From Lysobacteraceae bacterium (GTDB lineage: Bacteria; Pseudomonadota; Gammaproteobacteria; Xanthomonadales; Xanthomonadaceae), in the NCBI GenBank assembly GCA_049296025.1, contig JBAQRU010000053.1, forward strand, positions 2,088-66,087: a DNA stretch of 64,000 nt. Direction: 5' to 3'. Each line of letters starts with the position of its first letter. Position 1 is the first letter of the stretch. This document shows, piece after piece, positions 39,841-48,887 of the stretch. Made by a program: the position numbers and the translations under genes. The notes under the pieces were generated by a model, which saw only the letters and a list, made by a program, of their open reading frames with translations, was not told the origin of the DNA and ran no database searches.

Positions 39841-42327
39841 ATGAGCATCGCCATCCACTATCTCGCTCCTTTCCTCGCTCTTCTGCTCGGTAGCGCGTTC
39901 GCCGCTTATCACCGTTTGCGTTTGGCGGTCTGGGCCGCGATCACCGCCACCCTGCTGGTCGGCTGCTGGCTGCTCGGTGCAGACCAGACCGCCGTGCTGG
40001 TCGCCACGGCCTTCATGCTGCTGGTCGCGGTGCCGTTGCTGATCCCGCCGCTGCGCAAGAATCTGATCACCGCACCGCTGCTGAAGTTCTATACCAAACT
40101 GCTGCCGCCGCTGTCCGACACCGAGCGCACCGCGCTGGAATCGGGCACGGTCGGGTTCGAGGGCGAACTGTTCTCCGGCAAGCCGGACTGGAACCAGCTC
40201 CTGTCGCTGCCCAAGCCCATGCTGACCGCCGAAGAGCAGGCCTTCCTCGACGGCCCCTGCGAAGACCTCTGCCGCATGACCAACGACTGGGACATCACCC
40301 ATGTCCGCGCCGATCTGCCGCCGCACATGTGGGATTTCCTCAAACAGCAGAAATTCTTCGGTCTGAATATTCCGAAGGAGTACGGCGGCCTCGGTTTCTC
40401 GGCGCTGATGAACCACAAGGTCATCCAGAAGCTTGCGCCCTCTTCGTCGGTGGTCAGCTCCACCGTCGGTGTGCCCAACTCGCTCGGCCCGGCCGAACTG
40501 CTGATGCACTACGGCACCGATGAACAGAAGCGCTACTACCTGCCGCGCCTGGCCGATGGCCGTGAAGTGCCGTGCTTCGCGCTGACCGGACCGTTCGCCG
40601 GCTCCGATGCCACATCCATCCCCGATTACGGCATCGTCTGCGAAGGCGAGTGGAACGGCGCCAAGGTCGTGGGCATCAAACTCACGCTCAACAAGCGCTA
40701 CATCACGCTGGCGCCGGTCGCCACGCTCATCGGCGTCGCGTTCCGCATGTACGACCCCAACGGGCTGCTCGGCGACAAGAAGGACATCGGCATTTCGCTG
40801 GCTTTGGTACCGCGCGATACCGCCGGGCTCGAGATCGGTCGCCGTCACTTCCCGTTGAATGCGCCGTTCCAGAACGGTCCGATCCGCGGCAAGGACGTGT
40901 TCGTGCCGCTGAGCCAACTCATCGGCGGCGAAGAATTCGCCGGCCAGGGCTGGCGCATGCTGATGGAATGCCTGTCGATCGGCCGCTCCATCACCCTGCC
41001 CTCCACCGCCAGCGGCGGCGCCAAGATGGGCGCGATCGTGACCGGCGCGTATGCCCGCATCCGCAAGCAGTTCGGTCTGTCCGTCGGCCGCTTCGAGGGC
41101 GTCGAAGAAGCGCTGGCGAGGATCGCAGGCAAGGCCTACGCCACCAGCGCGCTGTCGGAAGCCACTGCCGCCGCGGTCGCGCGCGGCGAAAATCCGGCGG
41201 TGCCGTCGACCATCTCCAAATACCACTGCACCGAGATGGGCCGCGAAGTCGCGCGCGACGTCATGGACATCCACGGCGGCAAGGGCATCATCCTCGGCCC
41301 GCGCAACTACGCCGGCCGCGCGTGGCAGGCCGCACCGATCGCGATCACGGTCGAAGGCGCCAACATCATGACCCGCAGCCTGATGATCTTCGGCCAGGGC
41401 GCGATCCTCTGCCATCCGTGGGTGATGAAGGAGATGAAGGCCACCCAGCTCGAAGACCCGAAGCAGCGCCTGGCCGAATTCGACCGCAGCCTGTTCGGCC
41501 ACATCAGCTACGCGATCTCGAACGCGGTGCGCGCGTGGTGGTTCGGTTTCACCGGCTCGCGCATCGGCACCACGCCCGGCGGCGAATACACCCGTCGCTG
41601 CTATCGCAAGCTCAACCGCTACTCGGCGGCGCTGGCGGTGATGGCGGACACGTCGATGCTGCTGCTCGGCGGCAAGCTCAAGTTCAAGGAATCGCTCTCG
41701 GGTCGTCTCGGCGACGTGCTCAGCCACCTGTATATCGCCAGCGCGATGCTGAAGCGTTACGAGGACCAGGGTCGTCCGATCGCCGATCATCCGTTCCTGG
41801 CCTGGGCGTTCCACGACTCGATCCACAAGATCGAGCTGGCGCTGTCCGGCGCACTGCGCAACTTCCCGATCCGTCCGGTCGGCTGGCTGCTGTGGGCGGT
41901 GATCTTCCCCTGGGGCCGTCGCGCCGAAGCGCCGAGCGATCGCCTGGGCCACCGCGCCGCCGCGCTGCTGATGACGCCGTGCGAAGCCCGCGACCGCCTC
42001 GCCGACGGACTGTTCCTGGAAGCCTGCGACAACAACCCCGCCGGCCGCATCAACAGCTATCTCGCCAAGATGATCCTGGCCGAGCCGGTCGAACGGAAAT
42101 TCCTCAAAGCGCTGAAGAACAGCGATATCGAAGCCTTGGAATTCCCCGCGCAATTGGACGAGGGCGTGCGCGAAGGCTGGATCACCGCCGACGAGCGCAA
42201 ACAGCTGGAAGAACTGCGCGAAATGACGCTCGACACGATCATGGTCGACGACTTCGAGCCGTGGGAGCTGCGTTCGGCCGGTTATGTCGAAGACAAGCAG
42301 GCTGTCGCTCCTCGCGCCGCCGCCTGA
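39841..42327 (+). CDS. fadE: Large acyl-CoA dehydrogenase (FadE type)
   Basis: About 828 aa with N-terminal TM helices, an ACAD core (ALTGPFAGSDA, VEGANIMTRSL) and a long C-terminal domain. Start at ATG 39841. Confidence 0.9.
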   Translation: MSIAIHYLAPFLALLLGSAFAAYHRLRLAVWAAITATLLVGCWLLGADQTAVLVATAFMLLVAVPLLIPPLRKNLITAPLLKFYTKLLPPLSDTERTALESGTVGFEGELFSGKPDWNQLLSLPKPMLTAEEQAFLDGPCEDLCRMTNDWDITHVRADLPPHMWDFLKQQKFFGLNIPKEYGGLGFSALMNHKVIQKLAPSSSVVSSTVGVPNSLGPAELLMHYGTDEQKRYYLPRLADGREVPCFALTGPFAGSDATSIPDYGIVCEGEWNGAKVVGIKLTLNKRYITLAPVATLIGVAFRMYDPNGLLGDKKDIGISLALVPRDTAGLEIGRRHFPLNAPFQNGPIRGKDVFVPLSQLIGGEEFAGQGWRMLMECLSIGRSITLPSTASGGAKMGAIVTGAYARIRKQFGLSVGRFEGVEEALARIAGKAYATSALSEATAAAVARGENPAVPSTISKYHCTEMGREVARDVMDIHGGKGIILGPRNYAGRAWQAAPIAITVEGANIMTRSLMIFGQGAILCHPWVMKEMKATQLEDPKQRLAEFDRSLFGHISYAISNAVRAWWFGFTGSRIGTTPGGEYTRRCYRKLNRYSAALAVMADTSMLLLGGKLKFKESLSGRLGDVLSHLYIASAMLKRYEDQGRPIADHPFLAWAFHDSIHKIELALSGALRNFPIRPVGWLLWAVIFPWGRRAEAPSDRLGHRAAALLMTPCEARDRLADGLFLEACDNNPAGRINSYLAKMILAEPVERKFLKALKNSDIEALEFPAQLDEGVREGWITADERKQLEELREMTLDTIMVDDFEPWELRSAGYVEDKQAVAPRAAA

Positions 42328-42400
42328 GCCCGCACGGCTCGCCATGCAACACCACGAACGGCGGGATTTCCCGCCGTTCGCATATCCGGAACCCGCCACG

Positions 42401-42874
42401 ATGGCCAACAAGACGCTTGCTCTCTACCGCCGCATGCAGCGCTGGCCCGCCGGCAACTGGCTGTTCACGCGCGCGATCTGCTTCAAGGCGCCCTACTTCG
42501 CCAGCATTTCACCGCGTATCGAAAGGCTTGAACCGAATCGCTGCGAAGTGACCCTGCGCCACCGTCGCAAGGTCACCAACCACCTCGGCACGGTGCATGC
42601 GATCGCGCTTTGCAACATGGCCGAACTCGCGGGCGGCATGGTGACCGAAGTGTCCTTGCCCGATTCGATGCGCTGGATTCCGAAAGGCATGACCGTCGAG
42701 TACGTGAAAAAGGCCATCGGCGCGATGCGCGCGGTGGCGACGCCTTCGATCCCGATCGTCGAAGCGAACGAAGGTTACGCACTGCCGGTGGAGGTGATCG
42801 TCACCGACCCGAAAGGCGAAGCGGTATTCCGCGCCACGATTTCGATGTGGCTGTCGCCGAAACCATCCTCCTGA
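42401..42874 (+). CDS. Hotdog-fold thioesterase-like protein (DUF4442/PaaI-like)
   Basis: NHLGTVHAIALCNMAELAGG is typical of PaaI/DUF4442 hotdog proteins. Start at ATG 42401. Confidence 0.65.
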   Translation: MANKTLALYRRMQRWPAGNWLFTRAICFKAPYFASISPRIERLEPNRCEVTLRHRRKVTNHLGTVHAIALCNMAELAGGMVTEVSLPDSMRWIPKGMTVEYVKKAIGAMRAVATPSIPIVEANEGYALPVEVIVTDPKGEAVFRATISMWLSPKPSS

Positions 42875-42892
42875 CCCGGCACGATTACCCGC

Positions 42893-43270
42893 ATGACCAA
42901 CAGCGCCCTCCTGTTGCTTTGCGGCTTGCACAGCCTTGGCTTCGCGGCGTTCCATCTCGCGTTCTGGGCACTGTTCCGCTGGCCGAAAACGCTGGCATCG
43001 ACCTCCTTGGCCAATCGCGCGATCCTGCAGATCGCCAATATCCAGCTGATCTGGGTGTTCCTGTGCATCGGCGGCCTGTGCCTGCGCTTTCCCGACGCGC
43101 TGATCCACACCGCGCTCGGTCGTGCCCTCATGTTGGGCATGTCCGGATTCTGGCTCTTACGCCTGATCCAGCAGTTCGTATTCCTGCGCGTCAAGCATCC
43201 ACTGGTGCACGTGCTCTCGGTTCTGTTCGCGCTGGGTGCGGCCCTGTTCGCACTGCCTATCGTGCGCTGA
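42893..43270 (+). CDS. Hypothetical membrane protein (four hydrophobic segments)
   Basis: 125-aa hydrophobic ORF with no recognised family. Confidence 0.5.
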   Translation: MTNSALLLLCGLHSLGFAAFHLAFWALFRWPKTLASTSLANRAILQIANIQLIWVFLCIGGLCLRFPDALIHTALGRALMLGMSGFWLLRLIQQFVFLRVKHPLVHVLSVLFALGAALFALPIVR

Positions 43271-43288
43271 TCGCAGCGCAAGGCAGGC

Positions 43289-43642
43289 TTATTGCGTGAA
43301 CACCACAGCCGCGATCGCCGCCAATGCCGGCACGCCCTGCACATAGAAGATGCGCTTGCTGACGCTGTACGCGCCGTACAGCGCCGCGACGACAACGCAG
43401 CCGAGGAAGAACAATGCGACATCGTGCTTGCCTGTGAACGCGGCCCAGAGCAAACCGGCGGCGAGGAAGCCGTTGTACAAACCCTGATTCGCGGCAAGCA
43501 CCTTGGTGATCTCGGCCTTCTCTGGCGAATTGCGGAACACCTTCATGCCCAAGCGCTTTGTCCACAGAAACATTTCGAGAACCAGGAAATAAACGTGCAG
43601 CAACGCAACCAGGGTGATCAGCACAACGGCGATCAGCGACAT
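43289..43642 (-). CDS. DUF1304-family membrane protein
   Basis: LHVYFLVLEMFLW........F.........ANQGLYNGFLAAGL matches the DUF1304 pattern. Confidence 0.7.
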   Translation of the reverse strand: MSLIAVVLITLVALLHVYFLVLEMFLWTKRLGMKVFRNSPEKAEITKVLAANQGLYNGFLAAGLLWAAFTGKHDVALFFLGCVVVAALYGAYSVSKRIFYVQGVPALAAIAAVVFTQ

Positions 43643-43703
43643 AGGAGACAGTCCCGTGAGTGAATGTGGGCCGCTACCGCGGCGGGAACGACGGCGGAAA
43701 TCA

Positions 43704-45071
43704 TCATTCGGGTAGTTTGCGCTGCGCCCGGATCACCTGCCAAGCGCTGAGTGTCATGCCGATGGCAATGGCGATGCCAGCCAGAAATACCGTGCGGCTG
43801 CCGAAGGCCGCCAGCCACTTGTGCAGCCAGACATAGGTGAGGTCTCCGCTGCGATAGACGGCAGTGTCGACGAAGGCCTTGGCCTTGTAGCGCGCCTCGC
43901 GATCGACCCGGGTGTACAGCGTCTCGCGACCCGGCTTGCTCAACGAAAATTCGCCCGAGCGCGTCGCGATCTGCACCGCGGCGATCAACAACGGCAGCGG
44001 CGACATCGCCAGCAGACAGTAGCCGAAGGTGATCGCGAAAGCGGGAATCAGCAACACCGGTCCCACACCGTAGCGCCGCAGCAGCCAGCGCGTCAGGAAG
44101 ACCTGGACGAGGATGGTGCATGCATTGATCGCGAAATCGATCCGTGCGTAAAACTTGGCAGCTTCCGACGGCGAGGGGTAGAACTGTTTCACGATCGCCG
44201 CCTGTTCGTTGTAGAGCAGCGTCCCGACCCCCACACCGAAGAACATCAGCAGCGCGAGGCCGCGCAGCATCGGGTCTTTCGCGACCAGTCGGAAACCGGC
44301 CCACATCGAACCGCCCATCGCTTCGCCGGACGCCGGGTAGCCGCTGCGCTGTTCGCGCAGCAACGCCCAGGGCCGCAGCCGCACGATGCAAAGCAGACAC
44401 ACGACCAGAAACCCGGCCGACACCAGCAGCAGACTGCCGATGCCGACGCGATCCACCAGCACCTGCGTGATCACCGGACCGAGCAGCGCACCGATGGTGC
44501 CCCCGGCGCCGATGTAGCCATAGACACGCTTGGCATGCGCGTTGTCGAAGACATCGGCCATGAAGCTCCAGAACACCGAGACCGCGAACAGATTGAAGAC
44601 GGCGGTCCACACGAAAAACAGTGCGCCGCGACCGGAGACATCGTGATTGAAGATCCACCAGAAACCGATCAGGCAGACGATGAAGAGCAGATACAGGCCC
44701 GGCAGGAACACCCGCCGTGGGTAGCGCGAGACCAGCGCACCGTAAAGCGGCTGCAGCAGCACCATTGACACGAATGTGCCGGTGAACAGCAACTGCAGCA
44801 CGAAATCCTTCAGCTCGAAACCACGACTCAGCGCCCATGCGATCCACGCATCCGGAAACACCGTGGTCATGTCTGCGGACGCAGCCATGGCGTCGCGCAC
44901 CGGGCGCAGCACGTAATAGCCGCACAGAAGGCTGAAGAAATACAGCAGCGCCCACCACAGCGGCGGCGATTCGACCAGTTCCTGCCGCAGACGCTGCAGG
45001 GCACCTGTTGGGAGATCGGAGCTGCGCTTGGAATCCATTTCAGGCTTCGGCGGCATCGGTTGTGATGACAT
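43704..45071 (-). CDS. MFS-type transporter
   Basis: 455 aa with about 12 hydrophobic segments. Confidence 0.75.
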   Translation of the reverse strand: MSSQPMPPKPEMDSKRSSDLPTGALQRLRQELVESPPLWWALLYFFSLLCGYYVLRPVRDAMAASADMTTVFPDAWIAWALSRGFELKDFVLQLLFTGTFVSMVLLQPLYGALVSRYPRRVFLPGLYLLFIVCLIGFWWIFNHDVSGRGALFFVWTAVFNLFAVSVFWSFMADVFDNAHAKRVYGYIGAGGTIGALLGPVITQVLVDRVGIGSLLLVSAGFLVVCLLCIVRLRPWALLREQRSGYPASGEAMGGSMWAGFRLVAKDPMLRGLALLMFFGVGVGTLLYNEQAAIVKQFYPSPSEAAKFYARIDFAINACTILVQVFLTRWLLRRYGVGPVLLIPAFAITFGYCLLAMSPLPLLIAAVQIATRSGEFSLSKPGRETLYTRVDREARYKAKAFVDTAVYRSGDLTYVWLHKWLAAFGSRTVFLAGIAIAIGMTLSAWQVIRAQRKLPE

Positions 45072-45291
45072 GCGCTGTGGTGGCCGCAGCCACCCATCCT
45101 AGCAATGCAAAGCCGACACTCTAGCAGGCCGCAGGAGCCGCCCGGCGCTGCGGGGAATGGACCGGTGCACCCGTGTCCGGTCCATCCATCCCCCAGTCCC
45201 GAGCGGACGAAACCGGCCGCGCTTTCCGCAGAGTATTTGCTCTAGGGCGCGGGCATAGTGTCGCCTGCACACGATTTCATAAGGTCTGCGC

Positions 45292-46872
45292 GTGTTCGAC
45301 TACATCATCATCGGCGCCGGTTCCGCGGGTTGCGTCCTGGCCAATCGGTTGAGCGAAGATCCTTCGGTGAAAGTGCTTCTGCTGGAGGCCGGCCCGCGCG
45401 ATTGGCACCCCTTCATCCACATGCCCGCCGGTCTTGCCAAGCTGGTCAACCAGAAAGGCGTGAACTGGAACTACAACACCGCCGCCGAACCGAATCTCAA
45501 CCAGCGCGCCCTGTGGTGGCCGCGCGGCAAGGTGCTCGGCGGTTCCAGCTCGATCAACGCGATGTGCTACATCCGCGGCGTCGCCGACGATTACAACGAC
45601 TGGGCGGCACGGGGCGCCAGCGGCTGGGATTGGAACAGCGTCCTGCCGTACTTCAAGAAGTCCGAAAGCAACAGCCGCGGCGCCGATGCGTTCCACGGCG
45701 CCGACGGCCCGCTGGGTGTCTCCGACCTGCGCTACACCAACCCGCTGTCGCAAGCCTTCATCGATGCAGGTCAGCAGATCGGTCTGGCCCACAATCATGA
45801 TTTCAACGGCGCGGCGCAGCGTGGCGTCGGCTTCTACCAGGTCACCCAGCGCGACGGCGCACGCTGCTCGACGGCGGTGGCCTACCTCAATCCTGCCCGC
45901 CAGCGCCCGAACCTCACCATCCATACCGGCGCCGTCGTCAGCCGCATCACCTTCGAAGGCACGCGTGCGAACGGCGTGGCCTACGTCATGAACGGCCAAG
46001 CCTATCACCAGCCGGCCGCGCGCGAAGTCATCCTCAGCGGCGGTGCGATCAACTCGCCGCAGTTGCTGATGCTGTCGGGCGTCGGTCCGGCCGAAGATCT
46101 GCGCAAACTGGGCATCGAGGTCATCGCGGATCGCGCGGGCGTCGGTGCCAATCTGCAGGACCACCTCGACGTCTGCACCCTGTTCCATTCGACCGAACGC
46201 GTGACCTACGACCGCGTCGGCGACCTGAAGATCGCTTTCGACTATTACCTGCGCGGTCATCGCGGCCCGGGCACCAGCAACGTCGCCGAGGCCGGCGGCT
46301 TCGCACGCTCTCCGCTGGCGCCGGACGATCGCGCCGACATCCAGTTCCACTTCGTGCCGGCGATGCTGGACGATCACGGCCGCAATCGCCTGCCGGGCGA
46401 CGGCTACACCCTGCACGCCTGCTTCCTGCGCCCACGCAGCCGCGGCCGGGTCGGGCTGGCCAGCAACCGCGCCGGCGACAAGGCGCGGATCGAGGCCAAT
46501 TACCTCGGCGATGCCGAAGGCTTCGACCTGAAGATGATGGTCGAATGCGCCAAGATTTCGCGCGAGATTCTCGCCCAGAAGGCTTTCGACCGGTATCGCG
46601 GCGCCCCGATCTTCCCGGCCCGCACCGATCTGGACGATGCCGGGCTGATCGAATTCATCCGCGCGAAGGCCGAAAGCGTCTACCACCCGATCGGGACCTG
46701 CCGCATGGGCAGCGACGCCGACGCCGTGGTCGATCCGTCGCTGCGGGTCAACGGCGTCGAGGGTCTGCGCGTGATCGACGCCTCGGTCATGCCCTGCCTG
46801 ATCGGTGGCAACACCAACGCACCGACGATCATGATCGCCGAGCGCGCGGCCGATCTGATCAAGGCCGCATGA
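45292..46872 (+). CDS. GMC-family oxidoreductase (choline dehydrogenase-like)
   Basis: FDYIIIGAGSAGCVLANRLSED FAD motif, GGSSSINAM, and C-terminal HPIGTCRMG..VVD..LRV.G..GLRVIDASVMP. Confidence 0.9.
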   Translation: MFDYIIIGAGSAGCVLANRLSEDPSVKVLLLEAGPRDWHPFIHMPAGLAKLVNQKGVNWNYNTAAEPNLNQRALWWPRGKVLGGSSSINAMCYIRGVADDYNDWAARGASGWDWNSVLPYFKKSESNSRGADAFHGADGPLGVSDLRYTNPLSQAFIDAGQQIGLAHNHDFNGAAQRGVGFYQVTQRDGARCSTAVAYLNPARQRPNLTIHTGAVVSRITFEGTRANGVAYVMNGQAYHQPAAREVILSGGAINSPQLLMLSGVGPAEDLRKLGIEVIADRAGVGANLQDHLDVCTLFHSTERVTYDRVGDLKIAFDYYLRGHRGPGTSNVAEAGGFARSPLAPDDRADIQFHFVPAMLDDHGRNRLPGDGYTLHACFLRPRSRGRVGLASNRAGDKARIEANYLGDAEGFDLKMMVECAKISREILAQKAFDRYRGAPIFPARTDLDDAGLIEFIRAKAESVYHPIGTCRMGSDADAVVDPSLRVNGVEGLRVIDASVMPCLIGGNTNAPTIMIAERAADLIKAA

Positions 46873-46992
46873 CCCCGTTCGCCCCAGGGCCACAGCGACT
46901 CGCGGCGCCCCCCTTGAACCGCTAAAATTCCGGTTTCTGGCCCGCCGGCAAGATCAACGGGCCCTTCTTCCGCTCCCAGGACATTCCGAACG

Positions 46993-47739
46993 ATGAAGAT
47001 CCTCGTCGGTTACAAGCGCGTGGTGGACTACAACGTCCGCATCCAGGTCAAGCCCGACGGCTCCGGCGTGGTCACCGATGGCGTCAAGCTGTCGCCCAAT
47101 CCCTTCGACGACATCGCGCTGGAAGAAGCCCTGCGCCTGCGCGACAAGGGCATCGCCACCGAAGTCGTGGTCGTCACCATCGCCCCGGCCGATGCCCAGC
47201 CGCATCTGCGCAACGGACTGGCGATGGGCGCGAATCGCGCCGTCCACATCGTCAGCGATGCCGGCATGCAGCCGCTCACCGCCGCCCGCGCGCTGCTGAA
47301 ACTGATCGAGAAGGAACAGCCCGATCTCGTGCTATTGGGCAAACAGGCGATCGACGACGACGCCAACCAGACCGGCCAGATGCTGGCCACGCTGTGGGGC
47401 CGCCCGCAGGCGACCTTCGCCGGCAAGCTCGACATCGCCGATGGCAAGGCCACGGTGGTGCGCGAAGTGGATGCCGGCCTGGAAACGCTGGAAATCGATT
47501 TGCCTGCCGTGGTCACCACAGACTTGCGCCTGAACGAGCCGCGCTTCATCAAGCTGCCGGACATCATGAAGGCCAAGAGCAAGCCGCTGGAAACCATCCA
47601 GTTCGCCGATCTTGGCGTCGAATCGGGCGACACCCTGAAGACCACCCACTACGCCCCGCCGGCCAAGCGCAGCAAGGGCGTGATGGTGAAGGACGCAGCC
47701 GAACTGGTCGCCGCGCTCAAGGCAAAAGGTCTGTTGTAA
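46993..47739 (+). CDS. etfB: Electron transfer flavoprotein beta subunit
   Basis: MKILVGYKRVVDYNVRIQVK... and LLGKQAIDDDANQTGQMLA. Confidence 0.9.
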   Translation: MKILVGYKRVVDYNVRIQVKPDGSGVVTDGVKLSPNPFDDIALEEALRLRDKGIATEVVVVTIAPADAQPHLRNGLAMGANRAVHIVSDAGMQPLTAARALLKLIEKEQPDLVLLGKQAIDDDANQTGQMLATLWGRPQATFAGKLDIADGKATVVREVDAGLETLEIDLPAVVTTDLRLNEPRFIKLPDIMKAKSKPLETIQFADLGVESGDTLKTTHYAPPAKRSKGVMVKDAAELVAALKAKGLL

Positions 47740-47744
47740 CGACT

Positions 47745-47855
47745 CGTCATCCCTGCGGACGCGGGAGTGTTTTTCAACAGCCGAAGGCTGGTCATCCAGC
47801 GACGCTCTCTTCATCCGCATCAAGACACTGGATTCCCGCATTCGCGGGAATGACG
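47745..47855. repeat. MITE/REP-like element inserted between etfB and etfA
   Basis: Imperfect 22-nt terminal inverted repeats: CGTCATCCCTGCGGACGCGGGA (47745-47766) and TCCCGCATTCGCGGGAATGACG (47834-47855). The right arm contains the hairpin TCCCGC-ATTC-GCGGGA. Confidence 0.55.
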
Positions 47856-47873
47856 GAACCAGAGGAATCACCC

Positions 47874-48812
47874 ATGTCCAAAGTTCTCATCGTTGCCGAA
47901 CATCTCGACGGCAAACTCAATGCCTCCACCGCCAAGTGCGTCTCGGCAGCGAAAGCGCTGAATCCCGACACTATCGATGTGCTGGTGCTCGCAGACGATC
48001 CGACCGGCGTTGCCACCGATGCCGCGACTCTTTCCGGCGTGTCGAAGGTGCTGACCCTCGCCAACGCCGCCAACGCGAACGCCATCGCCCAGGTGCTGGC
48101 GCCGCAGATCGCACAGGCCGCCGCTGGTTACAGCCACGTCTTCGGTCCCAGTACCACTTTCGGCAAGGACCTGATGCCGTGCGTCGCCGCCCTGCTGGGC
48201 GTGTCGCAGGTCTCCGACATCATGGCGGTCGACGGCAGCCACACCTTCAAGCGCCCGATCTACGCCGGTAACGCCATCATCACGGTCGAAGCCGCCGCCG
48301 ACCGCGTCGTGGTCGCCACCGTGCGCACCGCCTCATGGCCCGAAGCCGCGCGCGGTGGCAGCGCCACCATCGAAGTCATATCGATCGATGCCGCACTGCC
48401 TGGGCACACCCGCTACGTGAGCCTCGCCGCCGGCAAATCGGACCGCCCGGACCTGCAGAGCGCCCGTCGCGTGGTCTCCGGCGGCCGCGGCGTGGGCTCG
48501 GCCGAGAACTTCAAGATCATCTACGACCTGGCCGACAAACTCGGCGCTGGCGTGGGCGCCTCGCGCGCGGCGGTCGACGCCGGCTACGTACCCAACGAAA
48601 TGCAGGTCGGCCAAACCGGCAAGATCATCGCCCCGGAGCTGTACGTCGCCGTCGGCATCAGCGGCGCGATCCAGCACCTCACCGGCATCAAGGATGCCGG
48701 TACGATCGTCGCGATCAACAAGGACGGCGAAGCGCCGATCTTCGAGATCGCGGACATCGGCCTGGTCGGCGATCTGTTCAAGCTGCTGCCGGAGTTGCAG
48801 GCGGCGCTGTAA
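47874..48812 (+). CDS. etfA: Electron transfer flavoprotein alpha subunit
   Basis: [10 protein letters not shown].. and C-terminal FAD-binding [26 protein letters not shown]. Start at ATG 47874. Confidence 0.9.
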   Translation: MSKVLIVAEHLDGKLNASTAKCVSAAKALNPDTIDVLVLADDPTGVATDAATLSGVSKVLTLANAANANAIAQVLAPQIAQAAAGYSHVFGPSTTFGKDLMPCVAALLGVSQVSDIMAVDGSHTFKRPIYAGNAIITVEAAADRVVVATVRTASWPEAARGGSATIEVISIDAALPGHTRYVSLAAGKSDRPDLQSARRVVSGGRGVGSAENFKIIYDLADKLGAGVGASRAAVDAGYVPNEMQVGQTGKIIAPELYVAVGISGAIQHLTGIKDAGTIVAINKDGEAPIFEIADIGLVGDLFKLLPELQAAL

Positions 48813-48834
48813 CCGGATCGCGCATCTCCAAGTG

Positions 48835-48866
48835 ACAAAAAAGAGCCGGGTTTCCCCGGCTCTTTG
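48835..48866. terminator. Shared convergent terminator (etfA / paralog 1)
   Basis: AGAGCCGGG-TTTC-CCCGGCTCT. The A6 tract on the plus side gives U6 after the hairpin on the minus strand. Confidence 0.7.
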
Positions 48867-48887
48867 CGTTGGGCTCATCTGGAAAAA

